Source: Candidatus Kapaibacterium sp. | GTDB taxonomy: Bacteria > Bacteroidota > Ignavibacteria > Kapaibacteriales > UBA2268 | Assembly (NCBI GenBank): GCA_038218865.1 | Contig: JBBRJR010000001.1 | Span: 1-31,255, forward strand | Length of the DNA: 31,255 nt | Reading direction: 5' to 3' | Shown here: positions 1 through 9,222 of the stretch, piece by piece | Layout: each line of letters begins with the position of its first letter | Numbering within the stretch: the first letter of the stretch is position 1 | Program-made: the position numbers and the translations under genes | The notes under the pieces: model-generated | Seen by the model: only the letters and a program-made list of their open reading frames with translations | Database searches by the model: none | What the model was told of the DNA's origin: nothing

Positions 1-2377
1 TAAGCATTTCTTCGGCTATTTCATCTTCTACGAAACGTTGCAAAGCGCGGCGCAACGGACGCGCGCCATATTTATCGTCGAAGCCTTTATCAACCAAGAA
101 ATCTTTGGCTGCTTGCGACAATTCCAATCCCATATTATTCACTTTCAACCTATCTACTAATTTTTTAAGTTGAATATCGATAATGCCGTAAATATGTTTT
201 TTCTCGAGCTTGTGGAATATTATAAAATCATCAATTCTGTTGATAAACTCAGGATTAAACAACTTTTTGACAGAATCTTCGATAATTGACTTAACGTTAT
301 CGTAGTCATTGCTCGAATTTTCCTCGAGGAATCCGATACGTGCGCCAGATTTCAAATCTCGCGTTCCAACGTTCGATGTCATTATAATTACTGTGTTTTT
401 GAAATCTACTTTTCTGCCCAAGCCGTCTGTCAATATGCCGTCGTCGAAAACTTGTAGCAATATATTGAATACGTCGGGATGCGCTTTTTCAATTTCATCG
501 AGCAGTATAATCGAATACGGTTTGCGGCGTACTTTTTCGGTCAGCTGACCGCCTTCTTCGTAGCCGACATAGCCGGGAGGCGCTCCAACCAAGCGAGATA
601 CAGAATGCTTTTCCATATATTCACTCATATCAATTCGAATCATTGCATCTTCGGTTTCAAACATAACGCGAGCCAAAGCTTTGGCAAGCTCAGTCTTGCC
701 CACGCCAGTCGGTCCCAAGAACATAAAAGAACCGATAGGACGCGATGGGTCTTTCAGCCCAGCGCGAGCGCGACGTATGGATTTGGAGAGAAATTCTATT
801 GCCTCATCTTGCCCAACGACGATTTCTTTCAGTTCGTCGCTAAGTCGCAAAAGCTTGTTGGATTCGCTTTCGGCTATACGATTGACCGGAACGCCAGTCA
901 TCATCGCCACAACGTCGGATATGTCATCTTCGGTAACGGTGAAAATCCGCTCTTGAGCTTCATTTTCCCAATCCGTTTTAGCTTTCTCTAATTCATTTTG
1001 CAAATTCTTTTCGATGTCTCGAAGGCGAGCTGCTTCCTCGAAATTTTGTTGCTTTACGACGCTTGTCTTGTCATTGCGTATAGCATCAATTTTCTCTTCG
1101 AGATCGATAATCACTTTTGGTACCACGATATTAGACAAATGCACACGTGCGCCAGCTTCGTCCAATACGTCGATGGCTTTATCTGGGAACATACGGTCAG
1201 AAATATATCTATCGGACAAGCGAACGCAGGAATCAAGCGCACTGTCATTATAGACTACGCTATGATGTTCTTCGTATTTATCTTTTATTTGCTTTACTAT
1301 TTGCAATGTTTCATCTATCGATGGCGGATCAACCAATATTTTCTGGAAACGACGCTCCAAAGCTCCGTCTTTTTCGATATATTGGCGATATTCGTCAAGC
1401 GTTGTAGCCCCGATACATTGAATGTCGCCGCGAGCCAGAGCCGGTTTGAACATATTAGATGCGTCCAAACTGCCGCTTGCGCCACCTGCACCGACAATAG
1501 TATGCAATTCATCTATAAATAAAATTACATCTTTTGCTTTTTCTAATTCATTAAGTACTGCTTTCATTCTTTCTTCGAACTGCCCGCGGTACTTTGTGCC
1601 GGCAACGATAGAAGCCAAATCCAGCGTAATAATTCGTTTGTCGAAAAGCGCCCGCGAAACTTTCTTTTGGATTATTCGCAGCGCCAAGCCTTCGACTATT
1701 GCCGTTTTGCCGACGCCCGGCTCGCCGATAAGAACAGGATTGTTCTTTTTGCGGCGCGAAAGAACTTGCGAGACTCGCTCTATTTCTTTTGTTCGCCCGA
1801 TAACCGGGTCGAGTTTATTTTCCATAGCGAGCTTTGTCAAATCACGCCCAAAATTATCCAAAACAGGCGTTTTCACCCTATCTTTTGATTTGGCAGCCGA
1901 AGCGGCTGTCTTTTGCGATGAAGCCGAATACTTTGGCACCCCACCGCTGATGTAGTTATCAAGCTCTTTGCGCGTAGTATCGTAGGTTACTGAATGCTGT
2001 GCCAAAATTTGCGCAGCTATATTTTCTTCGTCTCGCAAAAGTGAGAGCAAAAGATGCTCAGTCCCGATGACGTCCGATTTATATAGCCGAGCTTCGAGTA
2101 GTGTGATTTTCAATACTTTTTCGGCTTGTTTAGTAAGCGGGATATTGCCGATAGTCAAGGTAGAGCCTGAAGAGCGGACACTGTCCTCAATTACTTTTTT
2201 TAATTGAAACAGATCGACGCCCATATTTTTTAATATCTTGACAGCAATACCATCACCCTCGCGGACAATACCCAGCAAAAGATGCTCGGTGCCGATATAA
2301 TCATGTCCCAGCCTAAGTGCTTCTTCCCTGCTCAATCGTATTACTTCATTTACTCTATTTGAGAAATTCGCTTCCAT
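1..2377 (-). CDS. clpC: ATP-dependent Clp protease ATP-binding subunit ClpC (3' end runs off the window; not in the supplied ORF track)
   Basis: Manual translation from ATG at 2377 (GAGGAAG SD upstream): MEANFSNRVNEVIRLSREEALRLGHDYIGTEHLLLG (Clp N-domain), second repeat GTEHLLLSLL, NBD1 RRKKNNPVLIGEPGVGKT, M/UVR domain QQNFEEAARLRD (ClpC-type rather than ClpA-type), NBD2 FLGPTGVGKTELAK, and YGARPLRRALQRFVED at the window edge. Confidence 0.96.
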   Translation of the reverse strand, partial: MEANFSNRVNEVIRLSREEALRLGHDYIGTEHLLLGIVREGDGIAVKILKNMGVDLFQLKKVIEDSVRSSGSTLTIGNIPLTKQAEKVLKITLLEARLYKSDVIGTEHLLLSLLRDEENIAAQILAQHSVTYDTTRKELDNYISGGVPKYSASSQKTAASAAKSKDRVKTPVLDNFGRDLTKLAMENKLDPVIGRTKEIERVSQVLSRRKKNNPVLIGEPGVGKTAIVEGLALRIIQKKVSRALFDKRIITLDLASIVAGTKYRGQFEERMKAVLNELEKAKDVILFIDELHTIVGAGGASGSLDASNMFKPALARGDIQCIGATTLDEYRQYIEKDGALERRFQKILVDPPSIDETLQIVKQIKDKYEEHHSVVYNDSALDSCVRLSDRYISDRMFPDKAIDVLDEAGARVHLSNIVVPKVIIDLEEKIDAIRNDKTSVVKQQNFEEAARLRDIEKNLQNELEKAKTDWENEAQERIFTVTEDDISDVVAMMTGVPVNRIAESESNKLLRLSDELKEIVVGQDEAIEFLSKSIRRARAGLKDPSRPIGSFMFLGPTGVGKTELAKALARVMFETEDAMIRIDMSEYMEKHSVSRLVGAPPGYVGYEEGGQLTEKVRRKPYSIILLDEIEKAHPDVFNILLQVFDDGILTDGLGRKVDFKNTVIIMTSNVGTRDLKSGARIGFLEENSSNDYDNVKSIIEDSVKKLFNPEFINRIDDFIIFHKLEKKHIYGIIDIQLKKLVDRLKVNNMGLELSQAAKDFLVDKGFDDKYGARPLRRALQRFVEDEIAEEML

Positions 2378-2603
2378 TTATGCTTCCTCATATTTTTATC
2401 GTGTATGTTTTTTTTTCGCAAAAAAATAAAAATCTTTTTTAAACTTTATTATATGACGTATATTTGTTTTAATTATTTACTGCGGGTTTTGCGGGGTTGC
2501 TCGCAGCTTTAAATAAAATAGCCGAATGCAAAAACACGTAAACACTCGGCATAAAATTTGATAGTGTTTATCTTTATGTATAATTTGACGCAAAAAAATC
2601 TAT

Positions 2604-3518
2604 ATGGATGATCTAGACAAACCATTTGAAGAAGAATTTGACGCTAAAGACGTTGTCAATAGACCACGCAGTTCTTTTACGTCAGAGGAAGAAGAGGAAC
2701 TGTCTCTTGAAGGGAAAAAGTTTATATCTGGCGAAGAGATGGCGGATATTATCCCACAAGGCGATAAGTTTTCATTGCGCCAGATTGAAGATGAGGATGA
2801 ATTTTTTGGGCTGATAAAAAAAGAAGACATCGCTTCCGGCATGGCAAAAGTTGAAATTATCACTTCCGAACAAGATTATAATCAGGATTTGCAAATCCCC
2901 GATGAAGATTTAAATGAGCCCGCATTAGAAATTGATGATGATCTCGAAGAACCGAAAGCAAGTTTGCTTGATTTGATACATAAAAAAGAAGAAAATTTAA
3001 CTCCCGAAGAGCAAAACGAAGCCTATTTGCAAAGGCATTTTCGCGATTTTTTGTCAATTCCGAAAATTTCAGGAAATATTACAAAAGCTATCGAGAAAAA
3101 TTTAATCCCAAAAAATATTGTTTTAAAGACTGGGAAAACTATCGAAATCGCCGATGATATGCCCCACACGACTGAGATTACGCACCAGACATCTATTATT
3201 ATCAATCGCGACGAAGCCGGCGAGCTTGAATCTATGGAAGTCATCTGTAAATGCGGCGAAAGAACTCTTGTCAAATTTGATTATATTTCAGCCAATGATT
3301 TAGATGAAGATTTAACTGAAGTGGAGGACAATCCATTTGACCCAATATCTTTCGATAAATTAGAGAAAAAGAATGACATTCCCACTATATTAAGTCAGGA
3401 ATTTTTGAATATACCAACTGAAGAAGAGGAAGCCGCACAAAAAATATCTGAGAAAAAAAACAAAAAGGGTTACAACCCTTCAGAAGATGATATAGACGAA
3501 GAGGATGTTGATGAATAA
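2604..3518 (+). CDS. Highly acidic hypothetical protein with a central CxCG motif
   Basis: 304-aa ORF; 84/304 residues are D/E by my count. A putative folded core around SIIINRDEAGELESMEVICKCGERTLVKFDY is flanked by acidic low-complexity arms. No family recognised with confidence. Confidence 0.8.
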   Translation: MDDLDKPFEEEFDAKDVVNRPRSSFTSEEEEELSLEGKKFISGEEMADIIPQGDKFSLRQIEDEDEFFGLIKKEDIASGMAKVEIITSEQDYNQDLQIPDEDLNEPALEIDDDLEEPKASLLDLIHKKEENLTPEEQNEAYLQRHFRDFLSIPKISGNITKAIEKNLIPKNIVLKTGKTIEIADDMPHTTEITHQTSIIINRDEAGELESMEVICKCGERTLVKFDYISANDLDEDLTEVEDNPFDPISFDKLEKKNDIPTILSQEFLNIPTEEEEAAQKISEKKNKKGYNPSEDDIDEEDVDE

Positions 3519-3527
3519 GAAAATCAA

Positions 3528-3806
3528 TTAAACTTCGATTTCGGTTAAAAGAGATATTTCTTCCAAAACGGAACTAACATTAAGACACTTGGACATAGAA
3601 CCCTCGTAAGCAATTGATTTGCCAACGAAATGAACCTCGTGGGTGATTTTTTCTGCTTTTATAATTGAGCAAGAAGTAGCTTTGATTAATTGAAATATAA
3701 CCTCATCGAAGGTGTGCATTTCGTCATTATACAGAATTACTTTTGTAATTAATTTGACTTCATCTATTACATCTGTGGAATTTTCAATTTGATAATTTAA
3801 GTCCAT
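3528..3806 (-). CDS. clpS: ATP-dependent Clp protease adaptor ClpS
   Basis: KVILYNDEMHTFDEVIFQL...THEVHFVGKSIAYEG matches the ClpS core (VILxND...VH..G). GGGGAG SD precedes the ATG; clpC lies ~1.2 kb away. Confidence 0.88.
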   Translation of the reverse strand: MDLNYQIENSTDVIDEVKLITKVILYNDEMHTFDEVIFQLIKATSCSIIKAEKITHEVHFVGKSIAYEGSMSKCLNVSSVLEEISLLTEIEV

Positions 3807-4123
3807 TTTCTCCCCGAAACATTTATCATTTCTTCAAAAATAACAAAAAATTGTTATAGATAAAAATAAAAACATCAAATAATTGTTGATTTTCATAAAA
3901 ATTTTCTGATATTTAATCGTTTTTCTCTAATGATACCATCTATGTTTACTTAATTGATTATACCTACTATAGATAAATAAATAAAAGAAAATGATTAAAA
4001 ATAAGTTCTTTAATAATTCGACTATAAAACAATGTCTTGGCATAATTTTTTAAATGATTAATTATTAGAATTTTTAAAATTACGCGGCTTTGCCAAATTT
4101 ATATTTTTTTTAAGGGAGAAAAG

Positions 4124-4603
4124 ATGAGAAAACCGTTCATACTCGTAGTTGATGACAATAAAATTACAACGAAATTATTACGACGTTATTTGGAAGCAAA
4201 CGGTTACGATGCCAAAGAAGCATACGATGGGATTGACTGCTTAGAAAAAGTTGAGGAGCGAATTCCTGATGCTATCGTACTTGATGTAATGATGCCCCGC
4301 ATGGATGGATACGAAACTTCTCGTCGTCTCAAAGAGCAGCCTCATACTAAAAACATACCAGTCGTAATTGTAACAGCTCTTAATGATGTACAAAACCAGC
4401 TGAAATCCATTGAATCCGGTGCTGATGACTTTTTGAGCAAGCCAATAGAAGAAAAACTGCTTATCGCCAAAGTTAAGCTTTTGTCGTCCTATTTCATGGC
4501 AAATCAAAAAGCCGCAGCTCTTGAAATAATTGCCGAAGAAACTTTTGCCGAATTAGGGAAAAACCTCAAAGAAGCGCTCGAAGCCAAAGGTATTGACTAT
4601 TAA
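4124..4603 (+). CDS. Single-domain response regulator (receiver domain, PleD/CheY-like)
   Basis: ILVVDD acidic pocket, phosphoacceptor in VLDVMMPRMDG, VTAL, and ADDFLSKP. Short C-terminal helical tail; no output domain. GGGAG SD. Confidence 0.92.
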   Translation: MRKPFILVVDDNKITTKLLRRYLEANGYDAKEAYDGIDCLEKVEERIPDAIVLDVMMPRMDGYETSRRLKEQPHTKNIPVVIVTALNDVQNQLKSIESGADDFLSKPIEEKLLIAKVKLLSSYFMANQKAAALEIIAEETFAELGKNLKEALEAKGIDY

Positions 4604-4630
4604 CTCTTTTATTGAAAATCAGGTATTTAC

Positions 4631-5311
4631 ATGAAAAAATATATTGAAACAAATTATATTAAATTTAAATATAATAAAGCGAAATATTTCAAAATTGTTG
4701 CATTGGCACTTGTGTTTTCTGCGTTTACTTTCGCAGGCTGCGCATCGCTGAAGCAATTTGCAAATACAATTGAGAATTTAAAACGCCTTGATTTCAAATT
4801 GGGAAATGTTACTAATTTTGCCCTCGCTGGCGTTAATTTACAAAATAAATCAAGCGTTTCGGACTTATCCATCGCAGATGCGTTCAAGCTGACTTCCGCT
4901 TTTTCTTCGCGCCGGTTACCCGCCCAATTTATTTTGAACGTCGAAGCCCGCAATCCTAACACTACAAATGATGCCGAAGCAAGCAACAGTCCTAATGCGA
5001 GCATTACTAATTTTGAATGGCGTTTGATTTTAGACGACGTACCGACCATATCGGGAAATATCGCTGCTCCCGTTACTGTTCCAGGGCAAGGCGAAACGAC
5101 TACTATCCCGCTTACAATCAGCATTGATTTGTATGAGTTTTTCGGTAATCAGGGCTACGATAGGATTATCAATTTGGCTACAGCTCTTTCGGGCGGCAGT
5201 GGTTCATCACGCATAAAGCTCGACGCCAAGCCAACAGTAAGAGTGGGGCAATTCCCTATTACTTATCCTGGCAGGATAACTATTGTTGATCATGAATTCA
5301 GAGATAAATAA
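4631..5311 (+). CDS. Putative lipoprotein, LEA_2/WHy-like beta-sandwich
   Basis: Hydrophobic stretch IVALALVFSAFTF followed by lipobox F-A-G-C (Cys37). The beta-rich body (NVEARNPN, PVTVPGQGETTTIPLTISIDL) resembles LEA_2-type lipoproteins; the family assignment is by recall. Confidence 0.65.
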   Translation: MKKYIETNYIKFKYNKAKYFKIVALALVFSAFTFAGCASLKQFANTIENLKRLDFKLGNVTNFALAGVNLQNKSSVSDLSIADAFKLTSAFSSRRLPAQFILNVEARNPNTTNDAEASNSPNASITNFEWRLILDDVPTISGNIAAPVTVPGQGETTTIPLTISIDLYEFFGNQGYDRIINLATALSGGSGSSRIKLDAKPTVRVGQFPITYPGRITIVDHEFRDK

Positions 5312-5367
5312 GTTATTTATAATAAATTAATATGTTGCATAAATTCGGAGTTTATTTAAATTAATTA

Positions 5368-6432
5368 ATGGAAATATTCTTAATTATTTTATTTTTTATA
5401 ATCGGAATATATAATTCCTTTCTAAAAGGTATATTGCATTCCCTTACGCAGGATTTCGTTTTAAGTAAAATAGATTTACTTCCCAATGCCAAAGAAAGAA
5501 TAGAAAACCTTTGGGATAACTACGATAAATTCAACGACACACTTTCGCTTGCCGAGCAATTCTTTTTATTGCTGTCGAGTATTCTTTTTGGAACTGTTCT
5601 TTTAGAACAGCTTTCTGGCTTTTCAATTGATACACTTCTTATTTTTTCTGTTTCAGTAATAGCTTATTTATTGATTACTATAACATCCAAAAGCTTAGCT
5701 TTCGCAGTAGGCAGGAAAACAGCTTTCAATCTATTTATTCCTAATCTCATATTATTTGGGTTTTTCTCTACCTTGGCGCATCCACTGTATCTTTTATCTA
5801 ACAAGATTTTGAAATTCATACAAGGCAAGTCCGGTCTCGAAGATGATTCGCGCGAGGAAATAACAGCAGCAGTAGAATCTGCCCGCGAGGAAGGCTCTTT
5901 GGACGATGATGAATATAGAATATTGAAAAACATTATGCGCTTTAGCGACGTCTTAGTCAGCGACGTTATGACGCCGCGTACAGTAATTTTCAGCCTATTT
6001 GCAGAAAGATCAGTTTCCGACACAGTTGGCTTACCCGAAGTGCGGATGTATTCACGCTTTCCGATTTGGGAGGGCGAATCGCTCGACGACGGCATAATCG
6101 GCTACGTTATGAGCAAAGACCTTTTGCAAGCCGCTTTGCAAGGAAAGCGAGATACTACGCTGAAAGAATTAAAACGTGAAGTTTATTATATACCCGAAAA
6201 TGCACAGCTCGACACGGCGCTCGATATGTTCCTCAATCGCAGGCAGCATCTCTTCGTGGTTGTCGATGAATACGGCGGCGTCGAAGGCTTGCTCACGATG
6301 GAAGACGTCTTGGAAACAATGTTAGGCGTGGAAATTGTGGACGAAGCCGACCGCTTCGTCGATATGCGTTTGCTCGCCAAGCAACGTCGCGACAGGCGCA
6401 TCTCCGTAGTTTCGTCCGAAGTGAATGAATAA
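5368..6432 (+). CDS. CNNM (DUF21)/CBS-pair membrane protein, HlyC/CorC family
   Basis: N-terminal hydrophobic helices; SREEITAAVESAREEGSLDDDEYRILKNIMRFSDVLVSDVMTPRT; YSRFPIW; second CBS HLFVVVDEYGGVEGLLTMEDVLETMLGVEIVDE. Confidence 0.9.
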   Translation: MEIFLIILFFIIGIYNSFLKGILHSLTQDFVLSKIDLLPNAKERIENLWDNYDKFNDTLSLAEQFFLLLSSILFGTVLLEQLSGFSIDTLLIFSVSVIAYLLITITSKSLAFAVGRKTAFNLFIPNLILFGFFSTLAHPLYLLSNKILKFIQGKSGLEDDSREEITAAVESAREEGSLDDDEYRILKNIMRFSDVLVSDVMTPRTVIFSLFAERSVSDTVGLPEVRMYSRFPIWEGESLDDGIIGYVMSKDLLQAALQGKRDTTLKELKREVYYIPENAQLDTALDMFLNRRQHLFVVVDEYGGVEGLLTMEDVLETMLGVEIVDEADRFVDMRLLAKQRRDRRISVVSSEVNE

Positions 6433-6930
6433 AGGCACTTAGGCTTTGGGCTATCCTGAAGAAGGCTGTCTCATAAACATAATCTGGCGGTTTTGTCATT
6501 CCCGCGTACGCTGGAATCCATATATTACTGCTATTTACAAAATGCTTGGATATTTCGCTAAGCTCAATATGACACTAATCGGGGCAACTCCAGTAAGAAA
6601 AAGACTGAAAGCGGTTTTCCCTCTTTTTTAAAAGAGGGAAGTGAGCGAAGCGAATAGGGGGATTTGTGTTTTATTGAAGAAATCCCCCAAACCCCCTTTT
6701 AAAAAAGGGGGAAAGAAGAACCTAAAGATATAACCTTGTAAGTTATTATTATATCATCACTTCTTCCTCTCTCTTCAAAGGAGAGGACGGGTTGAGGTTC
6801 TTAGTTTTCGGCGAAAAGCCTGTATAGTAGTAGATGTCCAACACCTCGAAGATGTTGGACATTTGGTGTTTTAACTGAAAACTGATTACTGATTACTAAA
6901 AACCTTCTTCCCAAATGCCTACCTGCATTA
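6433..6930. repeat. Composite intergenic repeat cluster A
   Basis: GGCTGTCTCATAA 6464-6476; dRS3-like ATTCCC-N8-TGGAAT 6498-6518; palindromes 6617-6640, 6692-6711 and ~6760-6797; AGATGT hairpin (10-bp perfect stem) 6834-6862; heptamer array 6872-6899 on the minus strand. Confidence 0.8.
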
Positions 6931-7003
6931 TTTTCTTACTTATTCGTCTTGTAATACTTTATATATTATTTTTAATTTAATTTACATGCACAAGGAAATA
7001 ATC

Positions 7004-7423
7004 ATGAAAGTATCACTGGATCTAGTCGGCAATATGAAGCTAAAAGGCACTTCGAGCGATGACCATACCACGTTTTTCGACTCACATAAGGAATCTGGCG
7101 GCGACGATTCAGCCGCTACTCCTATGGAAATCATGCTCGAATCGATGGCTGCCTGCTCTTCGATGGACGTTATTTCAATTATTAGGAAAAAACGCAAAAC
7201 AATTGAAAAATTTGAAGTAAAAATCGATGGGGAGCGCCGCGACACACATCCGAAAACATTTACTCGCGTTCACTTAATATACCGCTTAACCAGCCCCGAC
7301 GCTGAATTAAAAGATTTAGAGCGAGCTGTCGAGCTGTCGCAAACGATATACTGCGGTGCTGCTGCGATGTTCCGCGCTGCTGGCTGCGAAATTTCTTATG
7401 ATTTGGAAGTTATACACAATTAA
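7004..7423 (+). CDS. OsmC/YhfA family protein
   Basis: TPMEIMLESMAACSSMDV (first Cys) and SQTIYCGA (second Cys) typical of the YhfA-like OsmC family. Start moved from 6986 to ATG 7004 because AAGGA lies 7 nt upstream of it. Confidence 0.9.
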   Translation: MKVSLDLVGNMKLKGTSSDDHTTFFDSHKESGGDDSAATPMEIMLESMAACSSMDVISIIRKKRKTIEKFEVKIDGERRDTHPKTFTRVHLIYRLTSPDAELKDLERAVELSQTIYCGAAAMFRAAGCEISYDLEVIHN

Positions 7424-7507
7424 AATAACAAGAAATTTTTTCAGTTATAATTATTTTTTGTTTTTTCGTCTATATTTCTTTTAATTCAATAAATATACAG
7501 GATTATC

Positions 7508-8911
7508 ATGAATCAACATAACGTAGATTTAGTTGTAATAGGCTCCGGACCCGGCGGTTACGTGGCTGCGATAAGAGCTGCACAATTAGGACTAAAAACC
7601 ATTTGCGTCGAGCGCGATTTGCTCGGCGGGGTTTGCCTAAATTGGGGCTGCATTCCTACTAAAGCATTGCTTAAAAACGCTGAATATATGAACTTTTTGA
7701 AGCATTCCGATGACTATGGTTTCTCTATCGACAAAGTCGATGTAGATTTTCATAAGGTCGTAAAACGCAGCCGCGACGTATCAAGCAAAATGTCCAGCGG
7801 CATCGGTTTCCTTTTTAAAAAAAATAAAGTAGAAGTCGTCAGTGGCAACGCCGTAATCAAAAAAGCCGGCTCAATCGAAGTCAAAAATAATGAAGGCGAA
7901 ACTACCGACGAGATAACGACAAAAAATATAATCATAGCAACTGGCGCTCGCCCGCGTATGTTTGAGGGAATCGACGTGGACAGAAAGCAAGTTATAACAA
8001 GCCACGAAGCATTAATCCAACAAAAAGTACCGAAGTCAATGGTTGTCATGGGCGCTGGCGCAATCGGCGTTGAATTCGCTTATTTTTACAATGCTTTCGG
8101 CGCTGAAGTAACAATTATTGAAATGATGGATAGGATATTGCCTGTCGAAGATGAGGAAGTTTCCAAAGAATTAGAAAGAAATTATCGCAAAGATAAAATC
8201 AAAATACTCACCAATACCCGCGTTCTTTCAGCAAAAACTGTCGGCGAGGGCGTAGAAATTAAAATTCAAAAGAAAGACGGCTCCGAAGAGACAATCCACG
8301 CCGAACTTGCCTTGAACGCTATCGGAATACAAGCAAATATCGAAGGAATCGGCTTGGAAGAAGCCGGCGTAAAACTCAAACGCGGTTTTATCGCTATCGA
8401 TAAACACATGAAAACAAATGTCGAGGGAATTTACGCCATCGGCGACGTAGCCGGTCCACCTTGGCTAGCACACAAAGCATCCGCTGAAGGAGTTTTGGCA
8501 GCCGAATTTATTGCCGGCGAGAGCGATGAAGAAATGGATTACTCCAATATACCCGGCTGCACGTATTGCCAACCGCAAGTTGCCAGCGTCGGCTTGACCG
8601 AAGCCAAAGCAAAAGAAGCCGGCTATGAATTGAAAATCGGAAAATTCCCCTTCTCGGCAAGCGGCAAAGCTCAGGGCATTGGTCAAGCTCGCGGATTCGT
8701 AAAATTAATTTTCGACGCTAAATACGGGGAAGTTTTGGGCGCTCACATGATTGGGCCCGACGTTACTGAGATGATAGGCGAAATCGTTCTTGCACGCAGT
8801 TTGGGCGCTACCGGCAAATCCATTTTCAAAACAATTCACGCACACCCTACATTAAGCGAAGCAATAATGGAAGCTGCCGCCGGTGCTTACGGCGAAGCAG
8901 TGAATTTCTAA
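7508..8911 (+). CDS. lpdA: Dihydrolipoamide dehydrogenase (E3)
   Basis: FAD motif IGSGPGGYVAA, redox disulfide GGVCLNWGCIP, NAD motif GAGAIGVE, C-terminal HAHPTLSE. Confidence 0.97.
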   Translation: MNQHNVDLVVIGSGPGGYVAAIRAAQLGLKTICVERDLLGGVCLNWGCIPTKALLKNAEYMNFLKHSDDYGFSIDKVDVDFHKVVKRSRDVSSKMSSGIGFLFKKNKVEVVSGNAVIKKAGSIEVKNNEGETTDEITTKNIIIATGARPRMFEGIDVDRKQVITSHEALIQQKVPKSMVVMGAGAIGVEFAYFYNAFGAEVTIIEMMDRILPVEDEEVSKELERNYRKDKIKILTNTRVLSAKTVGEGVEIKIQKKDGSEETIHAELALNAIGIQANIEGIGLEEAGVKLKRGFIAIDKHMKTNVEGIYAIGDVAGPPWLAHKASAEGVLAAEFIAGESDEEMDYSNIPGCTYCQPQVASVGLTEAKAKEAGYELKIGKFPFSASGKAQGIGQARGFVKLIFDAKYGEVLGAHMIGPDVTEMIGEIVLARSLGATGKSIFKTIHAHPTLSEAIMEAAAGAYGEAVNF

Positions 8912-8929
8912 GTTTTGGGTGTTATTAAG

Positions 8930-9190
8930 GTATTCTTTCCATCTTGGAAGATTGCCACATTGACCTCTTTCCGACCCTCTCCAAAGGAGAGGGAGGAAGA
9001 AGTATATTAAGGTAGATAACAGCATCCTGTTGTAATGTAAGGACTTCTTCCTCCCCTCATGTAAGAGGGGGTCGGGAGGTGTTTAAAAATTCTGGTATCA
9101 TCACATTATTAATACATCATACGTGCCTGTCTCTAAAGCACTTTTTTAGCTGATGAGGCAGCCTCCAATTTAAGCCCTAACGCAAATTCA
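8930..9190. repeat. Composite intergenic repeat cluster B (between convergent lpdA and S46 genes)
   Basis: Inverted pair of C/G-run palindromic units (~8963-9003 and ~9043-9080). Segment 9044-9166 is colinear with 14729-14852 and ends in a degenerate GGCTGTCTCATAA (TGATGAGGCAGCC, 9151-9163). Confidence 0.75.
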
Positions 9191-9222
9191 TCGCTTATCG
9201 TGGATGCCCCATATATTTTTTT

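Noticed and set aside
309-1955. Plus-strand ORFs over the first 2 kb (79-177 aa)
   Set aside because: Antisense shadows of clpC, which occupies the minus strand; no recognisable motifs.
2378-2603. CIRCE (HrcA) or CtsR operator upstream of clpC
   Set aside because: No match to either consensus found by eye.
6446-6631. 61-aa TTG-start ORF after the CNNM gene
   Set aside because: Lies entirely within repeat cluster A; no homology cues.
6986-7003. Upstream ATG for the OsmC-family gene
   Set aside because: The AAGGA SD lies inside this segment and fits ATG 7004 better.
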